Source of the DNA: Macrostomum lignano
Lineage: Eukaryota
Assembly (NCBI GenBank): GCA_002269645.1
Contig: NIVC01000673.1
Span: 1 to 64,000, forward strand
Direction: 5' to 3'
Length of the DNA stretch: 64,000 bases
Positions within the stretch are counted from its first letter, which is position 1; every line of letters starts with the position of its first letter. The notes beneath the pieces were generated by a model. The model was not told where the DNA came from. It did not search any database and saw only the letters and a program-made list of their open reading frames with translations. Made by a program: the position numbers and the translations under genes. Below, piece by piece: positions 1 through 11,700 of the stretch.

Positions 1-336
1 TTTTTCCACATTAGCTTGATTAGTCAGTGCCAAAAGACGCGCGAGGTTACTAATCTAGCTCGTAGAAGATAATCTGCAACCGGGGGAGCTGAGAGCTGGG
101 GAAATGATTGTCTAAATTGCATCACGGAAAAAACGCTTCATCAACTGAGGTTTCCGCTCCAATGCGCTCTGATTTGCTCTGCTCCAAAGCACAAAAATGA
201 ATCGAAATCTTCTATCAGGTCGAGCGATGTTTTGCTCTCAATTTCCTAATTTACTGCTCTGTTGCTCAGAGAGTTTTCTGCGAAAGAGTCATCTGGTAGG
301 TTCCATCAGTTCTACAGTATTTTTGCTTTATAGCTA

Positions 337-520
337 GGGTCACTCTGTGGGACACCGCTGTCTCCTTAGGTCACTCTGCGGACACCGCTGTCTCCTTGGG
401 TCACTCTGTGGGACACCCGCTGTCTCCTTGGGTCACTGCGACACCTTACTGTCTCTTGGGTCACTCTGTGGGACACCCGCTGTCTCATTGGGGTCACTCT
501 ATGGGACACCCGCTGTCTCC
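337..520. repeat. Degenerate ~31-32 bp minisatellite (GGGTCACTCTGTGGGACACC(C)GCTGTCTCCTT)
   Basis: About 6 visible tandem units, starting 17 nt inside the putative intron after the donor at 537. Confidence 0.9.
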
Positions 521-537
521 ACTGGTGTCATGCTCAC

Positions 538-1593
538 CAACACTATCGCCGTATCCGGAGAATCGCCCAGTGGACGCCACACCATCCGATAGTTGACCAA
601 CACGCTGCCTCTGCCTCCACCGTCGCCGATGCCATCGGCCCAGGCGCCTTTGCTGCTTTGCGAAGTGGTTCCGCCGACGAGAACAACAGCCGGAGAGGCT
701 GCCGATCCTGCCGTTGTCGTCTCGATCGACTTCGATCTCGCAGCTGGGCTCTCCGGTATCAATGGTGTCGCTTCGTAGTAAAGCCAGAACCCCGTGTAGC
801 CCACACCAGCCACCAGGCGCGGTGGTCAGCGACACACGGACCTCCGGGCCATCGGCCAGCATGGCTGACTCCATACGACGCTGGCCGCAGCGTCTCCAAA
901 CTTGAGGCGCATGCTGGACGGATTGACCGCTGTCAACCAACGTCAGACTGCTGTTGCAGTCGAGATCCAGGCTGTGCAGTGTTAAGCGAATCTTCTGTCG
1001 CTTGGGAGCACCGCTAGCATCAGTGAACAATGGCAAGCTGATCGTCAGGGTGCAGTTAAGTCCCGCCGGATATGCTTCCGGATAAGCCGGACTGATCACG
1101 TGACCAACTGGCCAACCAACCGTCCGGTCTTGCAGACGTCGTGCAGTTCCTTAGCCGACACGCAGTCGTACACAGCCTGGTAGTAGGTCGGCCTGACCGG
1201 CTTCTGGCAGGCTCCGCTGGGCGCGATCGGGCCGAGCTGCGCACGCTGGTGACGCAGTCGGTGAGACCGTTGCACACCCGGTTGAGACTGGCGTCCATGC
1301 GAAAGCAGTTGCCGCGGATGTGCCGGCAGTGGCCGCCAGTCCCAGCGCCAAAAAAGGAATGCTGGATGTGAATTCGCTGGCCGGGCGGGCAGCTCAGCTG
1401 AACTGGTGTTGTTGGCATGAATTTTGAATCGCCTACAGAGAAACTGCTGCTGTGGTCTTCCTCCAGACAGGTGGACATCACCGTGTGTTTGACGTCGCCC
1501 GCTGAAAATTTGTCAATGGCAACGGGGATCACTCAGAATAGTAGAGCATAAGAAGGATGGATAAATGAGCAGAGCAGCCACGCGACCATGCAT
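538..1593 (-). CDS. Secreted/membrane protein: signal peptide + SUEL/galactose-binding-lectin-like domain + CUB domain; partial and frameshifted (exons 1593-1533 and 1501-538)
   Basis: ATG 1593 MHGRVAALLIYPSFLCSTIL is hydrophobic; GT..AG intron 1532-1502 joins in frame to GDVKHTVMSTC. Lectin-like LSCPPGQRIHIQHSFFG..C..C..CNGLTDC..TYYQAVYDC; CUB motifs GHVISPAYPEAYPAGLNCTLTI, LDLDC, GFWLYYEA. Donor TTG|GTGAGC at 537. Needs three 1-nt frame corrections (~1239, ~1106, ~816). Confidence 0.75.
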
Positions 1594-4069
1594 GGTTTGA
1601 TTCCGTACAAAACCGCATTCGTTTGGGCTTGTGTGCCCGGGGGTTGTCGCACGATTCACACACATCAGGGCCAACCCCGAAGGCACAGAGAGGTGTACAT
1701 GCCTGACGATTAGAAAGTCTGGGCCGCTGTACAATTGCCTCATAAGCGAGTGGTTGGTTGTGGGACGATGTCGCCGAAGGCGTTGGGCCAGGGTGGCCAG
1801 CAGCCTCGTGCGAATATTTATTTCAGATAAAGGCGGGCTGAATGCTTACCTGCCGAAACTGAAAGCACCAACTGGACGAGTGACAGTAGCAACGGCCACA
1901 GCAACTGCAGCAGATTTATTTGATGATGAAGCATTGCCTGCCGTTGTCTGGATTTTTCCTGGCAGATATTTTTTTCACGCCTCCTCCTTCCAGGGCCAAT
2001 TTGAAAGTTGACGCGGTCGGGGCGAAGTTGACGTGGCTGATCTGTTTTTTTCCTTTTGGTGAGCCTCGGTGCCCTGAGGAGCGGCTCGGCCTGGGGAGAA
2101 AAAAATACAAAACAGAGGCTTAAGTAGGGGAAGAGAGGGTAAAGTTTTTTGTCACAAACGCTGAGTGAAATGGGAGAGACTTAAAAAGAGAGAGGAAGAG
2201 AGAGGGCGAGCGAGGGCGATACGGTGCAAAAATAGCCGCTAAAATGGAGAAAAATGACGGGCCAAAGGCAGCTTGTTGAGGCCTGTGACAAGCGGCAGTG
2301 CGCCTGCGGTGGCGAATGGGAAAAGGCTGCATATGAAATCGGAGGCCGCCGCAAAAAAATAGTCTTCTTGCCTGCGCGTCTTAAGAAAGAGGTGCCATTG
2401 CCGGCCATTTTTCTTTGGCAATATTCTCGAGGAAATTGGCTCGGCGCAGCTGGGCTGAAGAGGAGGTGAAGCTAAATGGAAGATGTCAGCAATTATTGGG
2501 GCAGCGGATGGAACATCGCCATGCCGGAATCGCCCCCTCCCCCCCCCAGCCCGATGGCGCCCAAGTCTATGTCAGCTCATCAGAGGAACGTCATCGAGAC
2601 ATTGCCGCCAATTCCTGCGCTTGTTTGCTGCAGTCTCCCTCTTTATCCGGCTGCCATCTGCGATCTGTTCCAGCCTCTCTCGATTCCCCTGCGTCTTCGT
2701 GTCGCGATCGACCTGCCCATTTTTTTCAACAGAAAAATTTGCAATCGTCTCTCCGCATACTTGAAGGGATGCGTGAAATTTAATCTGGGACGACCTGATG
2801 GCGATCGCGGCTGATCGGAGTTCCGCTCGGCTGCAGCTGCTTTCAATAATTCAGACCCCCCGGGGATCGCTTCGATGCTCAGAACAAGGAATCCTTGATG
2901 CAGAGAACAGACGGCCCACTAAACCCCACCTGGCCAAAGCAATTATCTGCTTCGGATTTCGAATATCTTCGACAATCGCTTAATCCCACTGATAAGTAGG
3001 AAAATACCTGCATATTGACTTCGGTCTCCTATTTCCTGAATTCAGCTTTTCTAACTGGAATCGGCGTTGCCTTACCTGCAATTCGATGCGTTTGTTGTAC
3101 CTTCTTGCACTTCGGGCAGCACGAACTCAAAGAGGAAGAAAGAAGGCGACCGATGGCGCTCTTGTGAGCTCAGAGCAATCCCTGTATTATAGTCCTGCTG
3201 GGCTCAAGGTGGACGCAGCTGGGACACGGGGGAGCAAGGGATGCGGCTAGCGAAGCAAAGCATCACGGCCCGGGGAGACGATGAGGCACCACTAAATTTC
3301 CAGGGGGGGGGGGGCTGCGAACCCCGATTTTCCAGTCCGTCGGTCGTCGCCACCTCCGCACGACCGAGTAGCCGGCCCCGCAGTTCGTCACCGCGCAAAT
3401 CCCTTTTGCCTCCTTCATAAACGGATTGGCTCGAGTTACTCAGCTCTAGCAAGGCGACTCTGCAGGTTGTCAGCGCGTCACACGGGCAGGCCCTCTAATT
3501 AGTGTCGGACTCGGAAAATGAGCTGACTTCATCAATCGCCGAGGCGCCTGTGTCCCCAACATGGTTTGGGGGGGATTGACGAATTTCTGCATAGTTGGGC
3601 GATCGCGCGTGGCTTGCATTACCTGCAGCCGTCTGATTTTTGTAATATTTGTGTAACACGCTACTGATAGTAAAGCGAGTTGTGTTTTAAAAACGAGCTA
3701 GCAAGGAGTAAAAGCAAAACAAGTCTTCGATCGTTTTTATGAAATGAAATTTCTTTCAGTGAAATGTAGATGACTCCCTTGCTCAAAATTTACAGCGCAA
3801 AGGAGCTACAGTTACATGCTAAATTCTGTGATTCACCTGTATTATTATTTCTAATACATGTAGCCCTCAAATAAAACATAGAAGTATCAGAGAAAAAGAG
3901 CATCTAATAATTATTTTAACATTATTTAGTATGTTGATTAGTAAAAACTGCAGACTGAGAAATAGTTAATTCTTCGTAACTTTCGAGACACAGCTATATG
4001 TATCGAAAAGTGATAAAATGGACTAACAATTTGATGACGCTGCAGTGCACATGTCTTTCTTTCCCCGAA

Positions 4070-4636
4070 TCAGCAAGACACGGCCGGCTCCGGCACTTGA
4101 ATCAGAGCCAGGCGAGCTCGCCTGAGCAGACGCAGCGCCCAGCTTAGTTCGAAGTCGTCAGTAGCTGTCAGTGCGTCGTACGTAGCCAGGATGAGACTCG
4201 CCCGCTGCTCGCTTGCGATTCTCACCAGAGTTTCCACCCGGCTGCGGCCGAACGCGTGAATATAGCGGAACGCAGCGCAGTCGCGCGCTTTCAGCTGCTT
4301 CGCTAGGCGCTCCTCGCGTCGGACAGACTCGGCCAGCTGCCGCTCCATGGTTGCCTCAATCGGCGAGACTGGCAACCGTTTGCGTCTCTCAGCATCGGCC
4401 TCGTTGTCTGCTACAGTGGTCTCGATCGACCACTCGCTGCCCCCACCGTTCAGACCGTCCACGCAGCCGCTGTCCGCATCGGGAGCCAGCAGGTCCCGCA
4501 GCGTCGGCACCAGAACGCTGACGAACACGAGACGGTCCCCAGCTCGCTTCAAATTGGCGGCGTACCAGTCGGCGATGTGCAAGTTCGTGTCTAGGCTGGG
4601 AACCACCGGTACCAGGATGGACCGTTCGACGCTCAT
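4070..4636 (-). CDS. Universal stress protein (USP/UspA-like) domain protein, intronless, 188 aa
   Basis: RSILVPV..S....ADWYAANLKRAGDRLVFVSVLVP and VETLVRIASEQRASLILAT..LLRRARLALIQVP match the USP fold pattern (ILxxVD, WY, GDxLxFVHV, A-E-A-LIV, VLVVP). Confidence 0.8.
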   Translation of the reverse strand: MSVERSILVPVVPSLDTNLHIADWYAANLKRAGDRLVFVSVLVPTLRDLLAPDADSGCVDGLNGGGSEWSIETTVADNEADAERRKRLPVSPIEATMERQLAESVRREERLAKQLKARDCAAFRYIHAFGRSRVETLVRIASEQRASLILATYDALTATDDFELSWALRLLRRARLALIQVPEPAVSC

Positions 4637-5518
4637 CTTCAGCTCCCAACCCGGACTTCTCCGTCGCGTTTTCGCGTTAAAATTTTCAAGATTCGCCCTC
4701 GGGTTATCCAGGTCTTTACGCTGCGTCTGCACTGAAATATAACTGTCGCACCGCACGGTAGGACAGTCTGCGCCTGTCAGTCACGTTCTGTCAGTCACGT
4801 GGTCGCCAATTGACAGACAAGCGAACCGTCTTGGCGAACAAGGGGGGGGCTGTTCAGAAGCTGACAAGGGACAAAGTGCGCTAAGATCTTGAACCTTTAT
4901 TTATGCAGACTATTGACCCTCTTTGGCTGTCTTCCACTGATGAAGCTGTTATATAGCTTTCTCATGCCTGTCCAATGCTAAATTTGGACTAGTACAGAAT
5001 CTTGCCATGTACTGTGTTCACGAGTGGAAGCAATATTTGCCAAAAGCAGGCGCTCGATTCCGGTACACATAAGTCTCTGCCTCTGCATGCACAACAAGCG
5101 ATTTCGCATTCTGCAGGGGGTCCGTTCACCAGTGCAGATGCATCAGAGAATTTGACCGAGAATTTGCTACTGAGGACTGAAGGCGACCTCTTTTTTGTCT
5201 GGATCGCCGTCAGCTGCTGCGATATGCGATATGCCTTTTGGCACATTTGGTGCTGCATCTTTTTAAAGTGTTTCTCTTGTGCCATTTCTTTGTCTTTCTG
5301 TCGGTTGCCGAAGTGGCGGGTCGGTGCGAGTGTGTTTTCTTGTAAATGGGTCTGGCGGAGTCACGTGAGTTGAATTCTATTTGGTGTTATAATCACTAAT
5401 GAATTCTTGGGCATCTAATTTTCATGTAGACAAATGGATTTGCCTTTATCCTACGCTAGTTAAACTATTTGATTCTCTCTCATTTAGTTCTTCAGAGGGT
5501 CCCAACTGCCTCAATGCC

Positions 5519-5898
5519 AATGGTCCTTTGGAGGGTGCCAGTGCCCAAGATGGTCCTTTGGAGGGTGCCAGTGCCCCCGATGGTCCTTTGGAGGGTGCCA
5601 GTGCCCCGATGGTCCTTTGGAGGGTGCCAGTGCCCCGATGGTCCTTTGGAGGGTGCCATCGCCCCCAAATGGTCCTTTGGAGGGACAATTGCCCCTAATG
5701 GTCCTTTGGAGGTGGCCATTGCCCCGATGGTCCTTTGGAGGGTACCATTGTCCCCAATGGTCCTTTGGAGACAGGCCATTGCCTTAATGGTACTTTTGAT
5801 TCGGAGTGCCATTGCCCCAAACCCAATGGTCCTTTGGAGTGTGCCACTACCCCCAATAGTCCTTTGGATGGTGCCACTACCCCAATGGTTCTTTGGAG
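5519..5898. repeat. 29-30 bp minisatellite (ATGGTCCTTTGGAGGGTGCCAGTGCCCC)
   Basis: About 12 tandem units, diverging rightwards. Confidence 0.93.
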
Positions 5899-6165
5899 GG
5901 CTTTGTTCTTGGTGGGCGCCGCTACTAACAACACAGTTGGTCGACAGGTCAATTGATGGGATACATCGATCCGATCTGCACTTATAGTACCTTTTTCCTT
6001 TGATGGGTGTTAATACGACCACTAGCTCAACGGCGATCCTTTTGGTGCAAGTTAGAAAGTCTTTCGGTATATTTTCAGTGCTTTCTGATCGGATAAAATA
6101 AAATCCGTGAGCAGTTTTTTAGCAAATTGCGTTTAAATTGCCCGCCAAAGTACAGAGTCGGGCAA

Positions 6166-6245
6166 GGTAGCGTGGCCGAGTGGTCTAAGGCGCTGGATTT
6201 AGGCTCCAGTCCGAAAGGGCGTGGGTTCGAATCCCACCGCTGCCA
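6166..6245 (+). tRNA. trnL-UAG: tRNA-Leu, anticodon TAG
   Basis: Acceptor stem GGTAGCG/CGCTGCC, A box TGGCCGAGTGG, anticodon stem CTGGA/TCCAG with loop TTTAGGC (TAG 6200-6202), variable arm, B box GGTTCGAATCC, downstream TTTT terminator. Confidence 0.97.
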
Positions 6246-7703
6246 AATATATTTTGACATCCTTACGTCGCAGTTTCTGGTCATATTTTTGTAAATAGCA
6301 TTTTCAAATTTATATTTGCATTTTAATTTATCTCTTCGTGACATAACTTTTATCTTGATTATAACATGATTTATTATTATAACTGTTTTTGAATTTTTGC
6401 GCGTAAATTCTTCAGCGATCGAAAATTCTACCTTAATGTCTAATGGAAAAGTACCTACTTACAGTAGACAGTATAGAATATTTAGCCAACATTCGATACA
6501 AATACTGAAATAGTTATAATTGGTCATCTAATTTTATGTTAGAGATGTTAGAAAATAAAAATTGTCCGCTACAGTGATGAAATGACCATACAAAATGTGT
6601 ATGTGATATTTGTGCTATCATGATAAGTTAATAAGTTAATATTTAAATAAGTCAAATTCTACAAAAATCTAAATTTTTCAATTGTACAAAGTTCTTAGAA
6701 GTCTTATTTCTTGTCTATCCTAAGCTGTCTATTTCTATCTATCAATTTTATGTTTTCTTTGTTTGTTTATGCCCGAGCGATTTTTGCGTATGCATTCGAT
6801 TTGTCTGCATTGCATTTTTTCTCTGCATTATGTGAATTTCGATACATATCGCCTACTCATTTCTATTAAATTTTGTGGTAAAATTTTGTCATCGTAAAAT
6901 TTGTCCTAAAAAGTTCTCCATTTTTCGATTTTTTGAGCTAAGAATCTGTATGCACATGTATGAATTTATTGTTTCTCACGATAAACCACGAGTATACTGA
7001 AATGTTTTTTCTCAAATATTATTATATATGGAATTCTCTTCGAATTTAGTGGCTTTTCTTTAGTTTCAGCATATTATTTTTAGTATATAGGATTGATACT
7101 GTACTAAAACACTATAGATTTTTTAATAATCAATACTCCTATCTCCCTCTCTCTCTAAGTCTTCTATCTTTCTACTCACTTATCTCCTCTCTCCTCTATC
7201 TACTCTTTTACCCCTGTACTCTATTTAATCTCTAATCTCACTAATATCTACTCGACTACTCTCCCCATCCCATATCTACTTAGCCCCAAAATCTGGAATG
7301 CGTTGGAGCGACTTAGCAAGATCAGATCAAAAAGATTTTGTCAAGGCAGCCGCCGGATCGCATTGGAAGGTCAACAAAGAAGCAAAGCGCGGCCGATAAG
7401 AAACTCCGGCGCCCAAACCAGCAAAAATGTCAAACTCGCCGCTGCCAAAACTTTCGCGTCGGCGATTCGGTTGTAAAAACCGTTGGTTGTGGTTGTAAAA
7501 GCTCTCGCCAAGCAACAGGCGCGCACACGATTCCTGTAAAATATACCGTAGATCCAAATACCTGCGCCAGGTGAGTGGGGGAACTTTCTCGAAGTCTGCC
7601 GACTGCGGCGGGGTTTTAACTTGTATGGCTTTGTGAGCCTTGATCCCTGGCATTTTCTTCGGGCAAATTTGGGATCCGGGATGCCTGTGAGTCACCCAGC
7701 CTG

Positions 7704-8101
<398 letters not shown>

Positions 8102-8769
8102 TAATGGTGGAATGGGAGACAAAGGTGGCAGTGCAGAGAATCAGAAGCTCCCCTCTTTATTCACGCATCCCTTTAGCACCCTCGCGACCCCGCCTGCCCT
8201 TTGCAAGAAGGCTAATTAGATCGCCACCCCTCTCCAGAGTCTCCGGGGCTTCCTTCGATATGCAGGGCGGGTTTAGCCAGTGCAAACTGCGAATGGAGGC
8301 CGCACCCTTATGGCACGGTTTGATATTGAAAACTGGGGCCTTGTGGAAGCGTGGCAGGCCAGGCTGCGCTGTCTGGGCTGATGGGGATTGCGGGGACATA
8401 AAAATTCAGAACGCTCCGGGATTCAAACAAAGGTTGGTCGGGTTTAAGAGGCTTCTGGAGCCTCTGGGAAACTGAGCTTTGGATAGGGGTACAGGAAGGG
8501 GTGGAAGTGGTAGGGGATTCGAAGGAATCGCTGGAATCAGTCAGTAGATAGCAATAAAACTCGACTTCTGTAGGCTTAAACAGAAGGAAGAAGCCAAGGT
8601 TATCCCCACCTAACAGGGCCTCGATCTGGATAAGTCTGGAGTCCTTGCTGGATTTCTAGACAAATTTTAATTCAAAATTTTGCAAATGCTTCATATAATA
8701 GTAGTGGCTCCAGCTAGCTAGAAATACATGTGATATGTTAAGTACTCACCCACCCAAAGTGCCCACTTT

Positions 8770-11700
8770 GGAGGACAGAGTGTGCCCCCCAAAGACAGTC
8801 AATGTGCCCCCCTTAAGGACAGTCAGTGTGCCCCCAAAGACAGTCAGTGCCCCCCCAAAGACAGTTAGTGCCCCCCAAAGACAGTCAGTGCCCCCCAAAG
8901 ACAGTCAGTGCCCCCCCAAAGACAGTTAGTGCCCCCCCAAAGACAGTCAGTGCCCCCCAAAGACAGTCAGTGCCCCCCCGAAAGACAGTCAGTGCCCCCC
9001 AAAGACAGTCAGTGTGCCCCCTCAAAGACAGTCAGTGCCCCCCCCAAAGACAGTCAGTGTGCCCCCTCAAAGACAGTCAGTGCCCCCCCCCAAAGACAGT
9101 CAGTGCCCCCCCCAAAGGCAGTCAGTGTGCCCCCCTCAAAGACAGTCAGTGCCCCCCCCCAAAGACAGTCAGTGCCCCCAAAGGCAGTCAGTGTACCCCC
9201 CCCCCCAAAGACAGTCGGTGTGCCCCCCCCCCCAAAGACAGTCGGTGTGCCTCCCCCCCCAAAGACAGTCGGTGTGCCCCCCCCCAAAGACAGTCGGTGT
9301 GCCCCCCCCCAAAGACAGTCGGTGTGCCCCCCCCAAAGACAGTCGGTGTGCCCCCCCCCAAAGACAGTCGGTGTGCCCCCCCCCCAAAGACAGTCGGTGT
9401 GCCCCCCCCCAAAGACAGTCGGTGTGCCTCCCCCCCCAAAGACAGTCGGTGTGCCCCCCCCCAAAGACAGTCGGTGTGCCCCCCCCAAAGACAGTCGGTG
9501 TGCCCCCCCCAAAGACAGTCGGTGTGCCCCCCCCAAAGACAGTCGGTGTGCCTCCCCCCCCAAAGACAGTCGGTGTGCCCCCCCCCCAAAGACAGTCGGT
9601 GTGCCCCCCCCCAAAGACAGTCGGTGTGCCCCCCCCCAAAGACAGTCGGTGTGCCCCCCCCCCCCAAAGACAGTCGGTGTGCCCCCCCCTCAAAGACAGT
9701 CGGTGTGCCCCCCCCCCAAAGACAGTCGGTGTGCCCCCCCCAAAGACAGTCGGTGTGCCCCCCCCCAAAGACAGTCGGTGTGCCCCCCCCAAAGACAGTC
9801 GGTGTGCCCCCCCCAAAGACAGTCGGTGTGCCCCCCCCCAAAGACAGTCGGTGTGCCCCCCCCCAAAGACAGTCGGTGTGCCCCCCCCCCAAAGACAGTC
9901 GGTGTGCCCCCCCCCAAAGACAGTCGGTGTGCCCCCCCCCAAAGACAGTCGGTGTGCCCCCCCCCAAAGACAGTCGGTGTGCCCCCCCCCCAAAGACAGT
10001 CGGTGTGCCCCCCCCAAAGACAGTCGGTGTGCCTCCCCCCCCAAAGACAGTCGGTGTGCCCCCCCCCAAAGACAGTCGGTGTGCCCCCCCCCCAAAGACA
10101 GTCGGTGTGCCTCCCCCCCCAAAGACAGTCGGTGTGCCCCCCCCAAAGACAGTCGGTGTGCCCCCCCCTCAAAGACAGTCGGTGTGCCCCCCCCCAAAGA
10201 CAGTCGGTGTGCCCCCCCCCCAAAGACAGTCGGTGTGCCCCCCCCAAAGACAGTCGGTGTGCCCCCCCCAAAGACAGTCGGTGTGCCTCCCCCCCCAAAG
10301 ACAGTCGGTGTGCCCCCCCCAAAGACAGTCGGTGTGCCCCCCCCCCAAAGACAGTCGGTGTGCCCCCCCAAAGACAGTCGGTGTGCCCCCCCCCCAAAGA
10401 CAGTCGGTGTGCCCCCCCCAAAGACAGTCGGTGTGCCTCCCCCCCCAAAGACAGTCGGTGTGCCCCCCCCAAAGACAGTCGGTGTGCCCCCCCCAAAGAC
10501 AGTCGGTGTGCCCCCCCAAAGACAGTCGGTGTGCCCCCCCCTCAAAGACAGTCGGTGTGCCCCCCCCCCAAAGACAGTCGGTGTGCCCCCCCCAAAGACA
10601 GTCGGTGTGCCCCCCCCCAAAGACAGTCGGTGTGCCCCCCCCCAAAGACAGTCGGTGTGCCCCCCCCCAAAGACAGTCGGTGTGCCCCCCCCCAAAGACA
10701 GTCGGTGTGCCCCCCCCAAAGACAGTCGGTGTGCCCCCCCCAAAGACAGTCGGTGTGCCCCCCCCCCAAAGACAGTCGGTGTGCCCCCCCCAAAGACAGT
10801 CGGTGTGCCCCCCCCAAAGACAGTCGGTGTGCCCCCCCCAAAGACAGTCGGTGTGCCCCCCCCCAAAGACAGTCGGTGTGCCCCCCCCCAAAGACAGTCG
10901 GTGTGCCCCCCCCAAAGACAGTCGGTGTGCCCCCCCCCAAAGACAGTCGGTGTGCCTCCCCCCAAAGACAGTCGGTGTGCCCCCCCCAAAGACAGTCGGT
11001 GTGCCCCCCCCAAAGACAGTCGGTGTGCCCCCCCCAAAGACAGTCGGTGTGCCCCCCCCAAAGACAGTCGGTGTGCCCCCCCCAAAGACAGTCGGTGTGC
11101 CCCCCCCAAAGACAGTCGGTGTGCCCCCCCCCAAAGACAGTCGGTGTGCCCCCCCCCAAAGACAGTCGGTGTGCCCCCCCCAAAGACAGTCGGTGTGCCC
11201 CCCCCCAAAGACAGTCGGTGTGCCCCCCCCCCAAAGACAGTCGGTGTGCCCCCCCCAAAGACAGTCGGTGTGCCCCCCCCAAAGACAGTCGGTGTGCCCC
11301 CCCCCAAAGACAGTCGGTGTGCCCCCCCCAAAGACAGTCGGTGTGCCCCCCCCCAAAGACAGTCGGTGTGCCCCCCCAAAGACAGTCGGTGTGCCCCCCC
11401 CCAAAGACAGTCGGTGTGCCCCCCCCAAAGACAGTCGGTGTGCCCCCCCCCAAAGACAGTCGGTGTGCCCCCCCAAAGACAGTCGGTGTGCCCCCCCCCC
11501 AAAGACAGTCGGTGTGCCCCCCCCCAAAGACAGTCGGTGTGCCCCCCCCAAAGACAGTCGGTGTGCCCCCCCCAAAGACAGTCGGTGTGCCCCCCCCAAA
11601 GACAGTCGGTGTGCCCCCCCCAAAGACAGTCGGTGTGCCCCCCCAAAGACAGTCGGTGTGCCCCCCCCAAAGACAGTCGGTGTGCCCCCCCCAAAGACAG

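Noticed and set aside
1916-3452. Cluster of 60-120 aa ORFs in moderately GC-rich sequence
   Set aside because: No domain motifs, consistent splice pairs or dominant frame.
4989-5285. Cys-rich ORF (CCACRGRDLCVPESSACF) resembling a piggyBac C-terminal domain or Ly6 end
   Set aside because: The match is too loose, with no transposase core, signal peptide or splice support.
7327-7695. Overlapping ORFs with a plus-strand CAG|GTGAGT at 7571
   Set aside because: No recognisable domain or partner exon; both strands equally plausible.
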